This document shows positions 1-14,029 of a stretch of DNA of 64,000 nucleotides, piece by piece. Source of the DNA: Paramecium tetraurelia (taxonomy: Eukaryota); the NCBI GenBank assembly GCA_000165425.1, contig CT868021.1, positions 62,001-126,000 on the forward strand, in the 5' to 3' direction. Position 1 is the first letter of the stretch; every line of letters begins with the position of its first letter. A program made the position numbers and the translations under genes. The notes beneath the pieces were generated by a model. The model was not told where the DNA came from. It did no database searches and was given only the letters and a program-made list of their open reading frames with translations.

Positions 1-277
1 ATGTTTACATCCGTTAGATCACAATCTTATAGGATTCATGCAATAATTAATTATGAATTCAAAAAGTAAAAATAGTAAGTATTGATGGAGGTTGTGTAAA
101 TTATTTTAATTATTTTTCATTCGATGTTAATTCTACAAATTTAAACATGTTTAAAAACGAAAAATTAGACACATGTTCATTTTTTATTAAACATTTACGT
201 ATATCCTCTTAGAATATCTGACAAATAAAGCATCAGAATAATTGCTAATTAATTTCATAATAGATATATTTAATAAA

Positions 278-1258
<981 letters not shown>

Positions 1259-1298
1259 ACTAAATGAATATTATTGCAAATAAACCATATATCATTTA

Positions 1299-3715
1299 TC
1301 ACTTTATTTAATATATACTAAACAAGTCATTAAGTGAATGACACTCTAATAATTCTTTTATTAATGCTTTCTCTTTTTTTGTAAACATATTTACACATAA
1401 ATCAAATTTGTGAGTTTTTGGTAGACGATCTCTTAGAATAGCTAAATTTAAGATAAAAAAATACTTGTCAATTTTTCATTGTAACTATTATCTTATTTTA
1501 ATGCTAATCCTGCATTTATGATTAAGAATAAGATGTCTGTAGGCAAATCTTTTTTGGAATACAATTATTAAAGATTATCAACTTAAAATACATAGTCAAT
1601 GATTTAAGAAGGAGTTGCCTTCTTGAATGTATTCATGTTCTTCTCAAATATGGTTGCAGTTTCTGGCAATTGTTTCTTATTCAATAAATCTTAAATCACA
1701 TTAACTGTTAAATTTTATCCGATTTAATCTATCTATTATTAATTAACACTCTTCTATTTAGGTTACTAGCCTTTCGCTTATTATTATTCTGTTTTCTCTT
1801 ATTATGAATTGTTTTATTCATCTTTCTTATCTTATCTTGGTTATGATTCTTGATTCTTTTTTAATTTTACTCTGCATTCTGCATGTTATTTTTAAACCTC
1901 CAATAATTTTTCTTTTGCCTGCTTATTTTCTGAATCCAAATAAACAAGTCTCTCTAAATCCTTTCTTCCATTTTCAAATAACTCGTTTTATTCTTCCAAC
2001 TTCTGGGAAGCTTAAGCTAATGTTGCATAAGCAACACCTCTCCTATACAAAGCTTTTTGATTGTTTTAATCTTTAACAAGTACCTTACTTGCTAATTCAA
2101 TTACTTGGTTATTAGAATTTAATTGACTCAAACATAAGCAAGAATTTGTTAATAATTAGTAATAAAGGTGAATCTAAGAAGGAGCTGGATTTGCTTCGTA
2201 AAACTTGATTCCTTCACCCCACACTTATATAGCCTTCTCTATTTCTTAAGCCTTATAGTGACCGTTTCCTTACTCCTTCAATTTTCCAAGTTAGATTGAG
2301 ATTTCAGCATCAGATAATTATAATTTTTATCCCTCATCAACTTCTTGAATTGGTTTCTTTGTTGTGACTGGTTATTATTAATTACTCTGAGGTTCTTCTT
2401 TCTTTTTTTGAATTGGCTATTCAACCTTTCTAGATTACTAACCAATTTCTTGTTTATTTTGTTCTTCTTCTCTGATTTTAGCTGCTTTGTTATTTTCTTC
2501 TTAACTCATAATCTTTGACAGTCTATGGAGTGCTTATGAGGCTTATTGATTTCCAGGATCAAGATCTTTGACTCTTAGGAAATCCAACTTGCTCAAAACA
2601 ACCTTATCCAATCTTTCATATGCCATTCCTCTTCTCAGGTATGCCTTTGTCTTTATATCCCATGCAATATTATCTTCTAAAATGTTTCCACAATATTCAA
2701 TCACTTTTTGATACTCTTATAATTGTAAGTGACAATAAGCTAAGTTACTTAATAAGACTGCTCTTAATTCAACAAATCTGTGTTAGTCAATATACTTTTG
2801 ATTTTCCTTTAATAATTCTATCAATTCAACAATTGATTATGAATAAGCTCCTTTTTGTATTCTATTTGTGATTTCATTCTTTTTGCTCATAATCTCATCG
2901 TATTCCTTACTGAAGTCAGGTTGTTTTTGTTTAGAAATTGGAATTTCTTCCTCTTCCTCATCTTCTTCTACTATTTGCACCTTCTTGAATCCGCCCTATT
3001 TTTCTATAAACTATTTGTCTAAAGTAGATACACACTTTTACTTTCTGCTGAATTGATTTATTGTTCTGTTAAAAACTTTCTGCATTCTCTCAATTCTCCA
3101 TTTACTTCGTTGTTGTCTGGTTCTACTTGAAGAATAAATTTAAAATCTAGGTATGCCTTGTCGTATTGCTTAAGGGCAAAGTAGGCCTTCCCTCTTCTGT
3201 GATAAGCCTTAGTGTAATCAGGTTGTAGTGCAATAGCATAGTCACAATCAGTGATCACATTCTAATAATCCTTAAGTTTCAAATAAACGAGTGCTCTATT
3301 ACAATATGAAGGAGCCATTTGTCTATCAAATTGAATTGACTAAGTATAATAATTGATAGCTTCTTTAAAATCATTTGATTTCAAGGCTTCATTCCCCTTG
3401 TTTTTCTCCTACTCAGCCAATCGCTTATTTTTTTCCAAAGTGGGATTCTCAGCCCATTTCTCAACATCTATTTAGGCTTGCTTCTTTACCACTGGGTCAA
3501 TTACAACTTCGGATGCTAAAATAGGAATCAAATATACTCTTAGTATATTTTGGATCGATGGAAACCAATTTTTCCTCCACAGCTTTGATCAAATCAGTGT
3601 AATAATTCCCATCTAATTCCAAGAGTTTTAAAGCCTTTTTAAGTGGAGCAACTTTTGTTTGACTATTTACCCATTCGAAATCTATTTTTTCTAGAGTTAA
3701 ATCGTCACTTATCAT
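1299..3715 (-). CDS. SPAG1: SPAG1/RPAP3-family TPR co-chaperone (dynein-assembly factor-like)
   Basis: N-term LEKIDFEWV...LKKALKLLELDGNYYTDLIKAVEEKL resembles the SPAG1 N-terminus; three TPR clusters (EKNKGNEA, AYHRRGKAY, KALYRRG); C-terminal RPAP3_C-like LPETATIFEKNM...KFDLCVNMFTKKEK. Confidence 0.8.
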
Positions 3716-4051
3716 TAATAAAAAATTTAAATTTATTTAGTATATCTAACATAGAAATCATCAATTATATATAGCAGCGTATTTTGATTAACCTAACCAA
3801 TTTGGTATCCCAAAAAATAGAATCTCCAAATATCTATATGAGTCGACTCGTAATCTCTAATGGGTAGGCTACTATTTATAGGAATTTATCTCAATAAACC
3901 TGTTGACAACCTTTAAGCAATAATAGTTTAATAAAATAATTATAAGACGATTCAAATAATTTAAATTAATAAAATCCTCTATAATTGTCACTTATAATAA
4001 AACTTTTTTTTTACAATAACAATATTGCTAAAATATTTTAGAGCATAATAA

Positions 4052-5017
4052 TCATTGCGTTAAATTCAAAACCTTATTAAAATTAGTCATCCTTCTGTTT
4101 ACATAATAGACCAAATCTATTCCCTGTTATTCCTGTTTCATAGAAAGACCACCAATCAACATCCAAAAATAATTTTACAATATTCCTCCTATTTCTATTT
4201 GTCTCAATAATGCCTTGGGGATCTCATTAGAATTTGCATATTCTTTCCAATACTCCTATATAAAATTTAATTTTAGATCCTCTTGCCATCCCTCCTTAAT
4301 TTTAAAATAGGGAGGCTCTGAAAATGTGTAGTCCCATTCCATCTCATTAAAAAAGTTAGCCAATTCATAGCCTGGATAATTCAGCCCTGCAAATTCAAAA
4401 TCAATCAGGTGGTATTTCATCAATCTTTTGTCCTTTAGGAAATTAGTTGCATTCAAATCGTTATGTGCAATCACCAATGGCAATTCGCTGAAGGAGGGAT
4501 CCTTGAACAATCCCAAAATAAAAGTTTAGTTTTGATCTGAGAAAACTTACTCAAATGTTGAATATAATTTTTAACAATTGCAATCTGCAATTACGTCGAA
4601 AATCTCATCTCTTAAATTAACATTGTGCAACCACTAATGAATAGAAGGAGTATCAAATATTTCGACAAACGAATTTCTATTTCTCAATTTGTGGAATGAA
4701 CCAAGCATCCTTGCCACCTCTATGTAATCCTCTTTTATTTCGGATAGTGTCACAGGAGAGTAGGGCCAATATTCCTCTATCCTTTAGAATTTATCAGAAT
4801 ATAACACTTTTGGTGCCAATTCCAATTATGCAAGTTCTTGTTAAAACCTCACCTCTCTTTCTCGATTTTAGAACAGTCGAAACGTAGAAGTATAACGTCT
4901 ATAAATTACCGATTCCTTGGCTGTGGAAACCTTATAGACGAAATTTGTTAATCCACACATACGTTCAGATTTAAATGGTTCGTCATTAAAAAATTTAAGA
5001 AGAAGCTCTTAGTTCAT
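4052..5017 (-). CDS. Choline/ethanolamine kinase
   Basis: GLTNFVYKV N-lobe, Brenner motif HNDLNATNFL, choline kinase motif LIDFEFAGLNYPGYELANFFNE. Confidence 0.9.
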
Positions 5018-6324
5018 TTTAATAATATTTCATTATCATAAATAATTTTAATTTTCTTCCTTCTTCAATCTAATTATGTTGTGATCATATCGATTTGCTT
5101 TGGAATACTCAATGACGCTTGGAGTCTAGTAACCATAATTATGAAAATAGATATAAAATTATTTTTAAATTCTATGATACCATAATTGATTTAATCATTC
5201 AAAGATATTTTTATCCCTTAAAATCACAGAAAAGCTTATAAAGCTGATAGTTAAATGGAAAATCGAGACCAATATAACTAGATTCCAAAAATAGGACTTT
5301 ACATTAATCTGTCTGTAAGTTGAATATCGATAAAACTGTTAGATTAAAGAATATATACAAAAGAAATATTTATTATAAAGTGGTTCTTTTGTCTACTTTA
5401 TTTTTAATATTTATGTCTAAGTCCTAATATTTTATGGTTGATTCAGTTTTTTCAGCAGAATAAAATATATTTACTTCCACTTTCAAACACAGGGTAGGGG
5501 TTCGTTTTAAGATTTTAATACGATTGATTTATATCATACAATTTTGGGTATTTATTAAAAATATCAATTGTATAGTAATTTATTTTTATAATAATAGTAA
5601 TTCATATATCTATTTTAAACCAAAACTGAGAGTAGTTCCTATTAATCATCATAATAAGAAAACAATCTAAAGTAGCTAAAGTAAAAGATCTTAATGGATA
5701 TTTATTTTCTTGATATATGAGGTCCATTATCTGCATTCTACTTTTAAAAGATTAAAAATTGGTATCAAACTATTTTTCAGAGTAAACACTTTACATCTAC
5801 TATATTTAACCTTTTTTGATAGCAGGTAAAATCTAGTATTTGAATAAATTTATTAAATGTGTTCAATATGCATTTAAGCAAAATTTTTTGGTTTAAATTC
5901 AAATTAACGCTAAAAGGTAAAGATTTTGAATCAATATAAAACACTATTTCAAAAGAAAAATTCATGATTTTGTGGTGTGTCAAACAATCATGCTTGCAAT
6001 TCAGAAACCAACTAATCTAAGTGAATAAATTAAAATGAATAATCAAGTTCAAATGCAATTATCGAAATATAATACATTTAAATTATCTTCATCTAAATTG
6101 ATTTATCTAGTTGAAAAATATCTTATACTAATTTAAAGGATATAAATTATTTATTAGAGTTTTGGAACTGTGAGAAAATAATATAAATATATAAAATTAG
6201 TCTACCTTTTTCCGACAAGTTGTATTGATCTCAATCTACTACCACTTAGTAGAAGTATTAAGTAGTGGTACCAACCACTATTGAAGAAATAAGTAATATG
6301 TTATTTCAATTAATAATATTAATT

Positions 6325-7170
6325 TCAAAATGCTAGCGTCAAAAGCATAATCACTATTTCTAGTCGTAAGCTGGAATTATGATTAGATGGTTAACATTTC
6401 ACGCATTGATCGTCCTTCCAATGATGTGTAAATTAAGATTCAAAAAGGCAGGAATCCATAGTTTGCTCTTATGGATCCCAATCGACGCATGCTTATTATC
6501 CATCTACAATTTTTCTTTCGCAAAGAAAGAAATTCTCACCATTAATTGTTTCTCTCATATTAGGGCAACTACTTTATGAGCCTTAATTACAACCTCCAAT
6601 CTAATTTCTACAAAGATTGAAACTAATATAATTGCATGATGGATATGCTTCTTAGCATCTTTTATCTGACTTTTCTACATCTTCACATTTAGTAAACTCT
6701 TAGCATTTTCCATCTTTAAAAACACAAATTCCTTCCTTTCCATGAAAACACTCCGATTATAGTTGCTCAGAGCAGCTGGGAAGCTAAGTTTAATCTTCAC
6801 ACCTTTTGAGTTCTGAATCATAATAACATTTAGTAGGAAGCAAGTTGCATTCATTTTGAGTTTTGTATTCGTAAGAGGAACAGCCTTTAAATTAAGTGCA
6901 TTTTCCTTCTAAAAAGTTAAGTATGCATCCCTATCCTTTTGCTAGATAACAACCCGCTAATAAACTCCCTTATAAACTATCACAAGAAAGAGATTTGCAT
7001 TTCCCATTCTCAAATTTGCATTTCTATATAATTACGCATTCTAATTCATTTTCCAACTCCTCACAATCACAATGTCCATTCTTCATATCCACTAAAACTT
7101 GACCTATTATTTCCTTTTGCAACATGAAAATAAGGAGGAGGATGCAAATTTAATTTGTTTGGAGCTTCAT
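6325..7170 (-). CDS. Cys-rich secreted/GPI-anchored surface protein (Paramecium mini-antigen type)
   Basis: Intronless 281-aa ORF in ciliate code; N-terminal signal peptide (MKLQTNQICILLLIFML), ~29 periodically spaced Cys, hydrophobic C-terminal tail (LEIVIMLLTLAF). Absent from the ORF track. Confidence 0.85.
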
Positions 7171-7403
7171 TTTTAAAGATTTATTAAAATTATGAAAGTC
7201 ATCTCACACAAATTCCAATTAAAACTGATGATTTTTCATTATTATTATTTCATTCATTGTGTATGTATACATGAGATTAATTTATAGGATGGCATAAGTT
7301 TAATATATTATTTTTAAATATAGTTTTGATTTGAATTAATACATCATAAAATTATTCTACATTTTTACTCTTCTACATTTGTACACTTCTAATGTTCTAT
7401 AAC

Positions 7404-8123
7404 TCAATTTTCATTAGCTTTCCATAATGGCTTATTTCCTGTCCAACTTTTTGGATTGTGTATATAATAACTCATGACATAATTTTTAAACTTGAGATAC
7501 TCCTTGAAGTTTTACTTTTTACTTGATAAGATATGTTTAGTAGCTAATCTATCCAAGTACCAAACGAGAACCTACTTAAATGCCTTTTTGCGGTTTTAAA
7601 TAGTTAGAGGTTGGTTTTCGTAGATTAATTCTGTTTTTAATGCTTTGTAACCCATTATCAATATTCTCTACTATCTATAGTATTCTACGAAGGTATCGTA
7701 GTTAACCGAAAAATCACTACATATATCTCTAATGATTCCAGCAAATTATTTATTTTCTATTGTTCGAAACATATATAAGAGGATATATCTGCAATAACTT
7801 TTGTCCTTAAATTTTATAGGCTTAAGTTCTGGTTTTTCAGGAGGAATTTTAGTATTTTCCTTTTATTCTGATGGTCCAACTGGATCATAAGGAACATCAA
7901 TTTCATTTAAAAATTTTTTCTTGTACTCTTCTTAACCATTTCCAATTATGTCTACCATATCGTCGTATTCATGTTAAAATTTTTCCTAATCTTCCCAAAT
8001 TTCTCTCATCTCAGCACTTTCATTGTAGTCTTAGAAATATGAATCTCTTTTGATCACTGCTAATGGTGAGTAGTTAAAAGGGGATGATGGGCGACTCTTA
8101 TAAGGATCTAAGTCTTTTTACAT
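7404..8123 (-). CDS. Uncharacterised protein (ciliate-type family)
   Basis: Open frame MQKDLDPYKSRPSSPF... ending KAFKQVLVWYLDR...YLKFKNYVMSYYIHNPKSW...TGA; start approximate. Confidence 0.6.
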
Positions 8124-8199
8124 CTCATATAATTAGTTGGAAAGAAAAAATAATGAATGTTTGATAAAATAAATTACAATAATTGTTAGCTTTAGGGTT

Positions 8200-9037
8200 T
8201 AAATAGTGTGAGGTTACTGTTAAAATCTGAGAACTAATTCTTTCATATAATTTAATTAAAATAATTGAATCCATCAATACGTCTTCTTTGACTGCTCTAC
8301 TATTCAGCTTCTAATCTGACCAAAGTCTCCTACTATAGATGGAATTATTTATTCAATTTGAGGAATCTAATTTTCCATTCTTGAGCTTCAACTTCAAATT
8401 GAGGTAGTTATTAAATATATCTCTGTTGCAATTCAGATTATTTTTCAAGATTCTAAATTCTAGATATTGTAACACAATTTACTTTAAGAGAAGTTCCTAC
8501 TTTTCTAAGCTAAATTCTCTAATTTATGATTAATGGTGAATTTTTTATTATTCAATTTATGTTTGCATTAATTTAATTTGAGTAGTTTTATCCTTAAGAT
8601 CCATATAAAGATCCATGTTTTTGGATTCTAATTCGAACATGCTAGAAATCAAATTGTAACTATTGATTTAGTTCTCTACAGTAACGCAATCGTAACTCTT
8701 TCGTTATGTTTGAAAACCAACTTAAAGGTTATTATTCTCGTCTATTTCAGTTTTAAAAACAACACGATTGACCTTCTTTTTTTTGGTTTGATCACCCTAG
8801 CTTTTCTGAATTGGAGATTCCTATAATTTCAAAGACTAAAGGGATTTTGTAATCATAAAATAACTAACCTATAAATACCTAATTACATAATTAATGGTCT
8901 TATATTGGCAATTCCTTCTTTAAAATTCCTGATTTTTGAATTGTATTATAGTTGAATATTTTTGCAATGTAACTTTCATGCTTAGGAGATGATCTCGGAC
9001 CTCCTTAAGATTCCTTTTTAATTGTCTAGAACTACAT
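8200..9037 (-). CDS. Uncharacterised low-complexity protein (3' end uncertain)
   Basis: ATG 9037 (MQFQTIKKESQGGPRSSPKH), short GT..AG intron near 8870-8890, long TGA-free frame. Confidence 0.45.
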
Positions 9038-10315
9038 TTCAAATTAATTATTAAACAACTCAAATTCAAATTTTTTTTAATTGATAATTTTTATATATAA
9101 CAATATTTATATAATTTTGTGATCAATAATCAATAATCGCTCTTAATTAAATTACTGCTATTCTTTTAGATTCATTTTTTTGGAAATCATTCGCATAATC
9201 AACTAATTGAATCTGCAGATACTCAAAATATATTTTCAATAGGTTTTTCTAATTGGTATTTTTACTAACCTGCATTAATTGTACTTCGTTTAAGTATATT
9301 TGAGAAACAGAGCATTTATCTCAATATGCTACAAGCAATAATCTGCCATTTGTAAATCAGTAGTATTCTAATTTCAAATCATTCCCAGATTAGTAGAGTT
9401 AATGTAATAACAATTTAAATTGTTTTTGTTATGATGCATCTTGGATAAATTTATTTTTTGATGTAGTTTGTAGCCTTGTTAAAGTAATTGTATATTATAA
9501 TGAGTGTTCAATAAGTAAATAGATTGAGGCCTGTTTTGGTATAAGAGAATTTTATTTTTTTATATAATCCATTCAATATTTAAAGTATAAGGTTGTTTCT
9601 TCAAATTTCTTAAATTTCAAAGCATCGAAATTTCTACTTTCTTATTGCTAAACTTATCAGAGTCTAATCAAGAGCTCAAATTTAATTGAAACTTAGTGAA
9701 TGGAAAATCATGATTTAAACTCTTTTTTTTAGAGATGAAAATAATTCTATTTAAAAATACTTGACTAATACAATTCATAATACTCTAGAATACAGGCTTT
9801 ATCAATGTCACTCAATAAGATGGCTATTCAAAATTATTAATATTGTTATAGTAGAGAATCTATTACTTAAAACAAATGTAGAAAGTTTAAATAAAATTAG
9901 TGTTACTATCGCATTATATATTGCTTATTTTTACATAAAGAGTTGAGGGAAGAGTTGGGTTAATAAATTAATTGATAAAAATCGAATTTAATGTGGCCAA
10001 TCAAATTTATGGCAAAAATGATTTTAATATTTTTCTTGATCTGAACCAGAGTTTAAGAATGAATAAGTAAAAATTAGATAGATTAGAGTATTTAATCCTT
10101 CGAAAAACAATATATTAACATTGTTCATTATTGTTTATACAAATTTATATACATAAAATCTTATTATAAATATCTTCACATATTGATTTGGTATATGTTT
10201 CGTTTTTCATAAATAAATAAACAGCATTATTGAAATAGAATCTGAGGATCTAAGTTGTATGCATAGTGAATCTGAATTCACAAGGGATAAATTAAATTTG
10301 TATAATAAAAATTAA

Positions 10316-11156
10316 TCAAAACCCAAATTCAGAGGGTAATTTATATGATCCAGGCCCTGGGGAACGATCCCGATATTCAGACATAGTGCGTTGCGCTCTT
10401 GGAAATTTGTTGCATTTACTTGCACTAAACTTAGAGCAGAAGTATGTTCCCATAGGATCAAAATTGCCAATCTCTCTATAAGCTCCAGGGCCTGGCGTTG
10501 TTTCTCTCGCTTTTCTTTCCGAATGCGATTTTGGAGGTGACAAAACAATAGCCCCAGAACTTTGTAATAAATATAATTCTCATAATACTTTCTGTATTAA
10601 CTAAGAGCATAAACCCCAGTGCTATTAATGCTGCTTGGTAGATTGTAGTGGCCTCTAAAATATATGATTACCCATACGGTCCAGGTTTTCTTTCTATGTC
10701 TTTCCGACTTGACACTCTCTATCTCATACTGTAACGTACAGAAGATATTGAATCTCTGAATTTGTAAGTTCCAGGTCCTGGAGTATTTTAGATTAGTCCT
10801 AAAAAGATGCTCTCATATTTATTTGCATGCTATTTAAATAAGAAGTGCATATATACATCTCTGCCTAAAGCCATCGTCCTTCCATGTTCTTAGCTTCTTT
10901 GAACAGTGTAAAAGTTAGGAGCAGGAGTATTGTTATCTTGAGTGATATTCATTTTCTTGCCATACCCAATGCCTGCAGCTCTTTTACTTAAAGTAGTTGG
11001 CAACTAATATATAGGAGTACAACTAAAGGATTTTATACAGATTATCATTTACACACTGTCCTTCACATCCACCCAACGTTTGGCTTTTGAGAAGGTGTAC
11101 ATTTACTTGCTCTTGCTAGTGTTCAATGGAGAACGATTAACAGAAGATCTGTCCAT
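10316..11156 (-). CDS. ODF3/STPG (SHIPPO, PGP-repeat) ciliary microtubule-associated protein
   Basis: Repeats TPGPGTY, TPGPGAY, SPGPGSY, ending YKLPSEFGF; several tiny introns. Confidence 0.85.
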
Positions 11157-12127
11157 AAAGATATAATGTTATTTATATCAATTATTAATAATTAGTGAAA
11201 TTAGTATAAAGACTCCTTCGTTTTCTTTTGTTTATCCATACTCCTTAGGTTTTGATAGACTACTTAAGATCAAACAGTAAATCATTTTTAGGTTGTATAA
11301 AACTTCTCTTTTCAAATTACAACAAATTCTAAGACCATTCTATATAAAATAACCTGTATATTAAGGACTATTGTTGACTTTCTCCTTTTTGTAAGATTTA
11401 TTTATCAAATAATAGAATAAGTAGTTATTGCAATTTCTATATTTTCTTATTACTTCTATCTATTATTTGAATTAGAAATCTATCTATTATTTAATTTATT
11501 ATTTCTCATTCAATTCACTAATTTATATCTAAAGGGTCTAACCAAATGATTACATTGATATCAAAATGATGAGAATCTTCTAAAATTATCTCTAGAATTA
11601 ATTATTACATTAAAACTATGACTAATGATTGTCAAACTCTTTAAGATTATTTTTTAGGAACAAGAAAAGTGTTCAGGTGAGACGTTGAGATATAAAATAA
11701 ACCTAACCTTATGCAAGGATTAAATCAGGTATGAGGTATAGACAAAAGAGTTAATTAGGTTAACCTTGATTAGAGCTAAAGGTATTTGAATTTAATAGGG
11801 TTACAATAATGTGTTTAGATACAATACATAGATATTTATATTTTTAGGAACTTACATTAATTGGATTGATAAGATAATAAATTCATTAATTTTTAAACAA
11901 AGCAGCCTAATCATTATTCAGAATAGAAGGGGAATAATTTCGGATAAATTTATATGTACTCATAGGAATGGTTATCCGATGATTTAGTAATATAAAATTG
12001 GCAAATGGTTTCTGATTAACTAGATGAGGGATAACCCACATTTTGAGATCAGACAAATTAGGATTGGTGTACTAAACAAATAAAGTAATGTGTGGATGAA
12101 ATGATTTGAAAATTTATTTAAAATTTA

Positions 12128-12775
12128 ATGTTCGAAAAAGAAATCGTAATCGATGGCAAAGGACATTTACTTGGCCGTTTAGCCTCATACATTGCTAAGG
12201 AGTTGTAAAGAGGTTAAAGAATCGTTGTCGTCAGAACTGAGTTGATTTAATAATCTGGTATCCACTTATCATCATTGTAGGTTCTCTTTTCAGAAACAGA
12301 GTCATTTTTGAGGAATACCTTAATAAGAGAATGGCATTCAATCCAAGAAGAGGATACAAACATTACAGAACACCTTCCAGATGTTTTTGGAAAGTTGTCA
12401 GAGGCATGCTTCAATATAAATCAAAGAGAGGAGCAGCTGCATTGGAGAGATTAAAGATCTTTGAAGGAGTGCCACCTCCCTATGATACCAGAAAGAGACA
12501 AGTCATTCCAGATGCTATCAAATTGATCAGACTCAAGAATCACAGACCTTTTTGCACTTTGGGTGACTTATGTGCATCAGTTGGATGGAATTCATAATCT
12601 GTTGTTAACAGACTTGAAGAGAAGAGAAAGCAAAGGTATCGTGCATTTTAACACTTCATTTAGAGGTGCTGCCTATTATAAGAGAAAGGTTGCCAGAGAA
12701 AATCTCAGAAGAAAAGCCATCGGAGCTAAGGAACTTACTTCAATCAATTAGGAGTTGGAGAAGTTGGGTTATTGA
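12128..12775 (+). CDS. RPL13A: 60S ribosomal protein L13a (uL13)
   Basis: [20 protein letters not shown]...[22 protein letters not shown]...[13 protein letters not shown]; two short introns. Confidence 0.97.
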
Positions 12776-12990
12776 AAAACACATATTATAAAATCATGTA
12801 CATTTAATCTAGTAAATTAAAAACTCAGAATGGATATTTTCCATTCATTCTTTTATAACACATAAATTCGTTAATTCACAAATGCCATCGATTTGTATCT
12901 TTTATTCATCAATCTTCATTTACTGTGAGTTTTTCATTTAAAATAGTTGCTTTATAATTTAGTTTTCTATATTTTAATTTTAAACATTGG

Positions 12991-13749
12991 ATGAGGTAGC
13001 TTCTTAAATTATAAATGTCTTATGGTGTTGATATTCTCAGAGGTAAGACTCTCTATGCAGGGAAATGTATGCTGGATCTCTTTGACAATAATCTAATTAG
13101 TTATCAATACAGATAACATGAAGCATAATTGAATCTCAGTTTATAAGAACAGGGCTGGTCTCAAATACATCTGCTTCACTCTAATTGTTGTCCCTGTCAA
13201 AACAAAGATCTCAAACCCTTGGATTAAAATTACTCTAAAATAAAATTAGCTACAGTAGCTATGTTATGTGATAGAGATTATAATTTTTTATTAACAAGAA
13301 GACATTCTTAGATGAAGACATTCCCAAAGAGCTGGGTCTTTCCTGGAGGAATGGTAGAAGGGCAATAAAACTTAGAAAGTGAATGTCTCAGAGAAGTCCA
13401 AGAAGAAACTGGATTGGATGTATTGCCAATTCTTAGTAAAATGGAATTAAAAGTAATGTATGAATCCATTTATCCAACCAAACTAGAAGATAATTAATAT
13501 CCCATCAAATAAACATTGTGTATGTTTTACGAAGTGAAAATCAATCAATCTTATCAAAATGTTACCATTAAAATGGAAGAAAATGAAGTCGATGATTATA
13601 AATGGCTTTCCAAGAAATAAATGCTGGAAATCATGAATGGGTAAACAAAAGATCATTCATTTCTAGAAATTGCAGGAATATATCCCAATTCATATGGATC
13701 TGGGATTGGAGAAGGACATGTCAAAGCATTTTTGCATTGTTATGCATGA
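12991..13749 (+). CDS. Nudix hydrolase (NUDT17-like)
   Basis: Intronless; LLTRRHSQMKTFPKSWVFPGG followed by Nudix box CLREVQEETGL. Confidence 0.85.
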
Positions 13750-14029
13750 ATTTATCTGTTTATTAATTAAATAATGAAATAATATGTATCTACTTTAATT
13801 GGTTAAAATTGATTCTCAATGAAAAAGCAATCCTAAAAAAATCTAGTCCTTTGATTATAGAATAAAGTACGACCAATCATTCGAATTACCTAGATTCTAA
13901 TATTAGAGTTTAATTAAATGAAATAGAATTCAAAATATTTACAAGCAAATTTAATGCTTTATTTTGTAATCTTCTTAAGTTATATGTTCCTTAAATAAAC
14001 TACCTTTAGATTACTTAGTAAAGAACTAT

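Noticed and set aside
5485..5510. G-rich CAGGGTAGGGGTT resembling a telomeric repeat
   Set aside because: Only about two imperfect units; no G3T3/G4T2 array.
6236..6282. Short inverted repeats (TAGTGGT/ACCACTA) downstream of the mini-antigen
   Set aside because: A 7-bp stem is expected by chance; no further support.
6330..6620. + strand ORF (MLASKAQ.../MIRWLTF...)
   Set aside because: The opposite strand encodes a clean Cys-periodic 281-aa protein.
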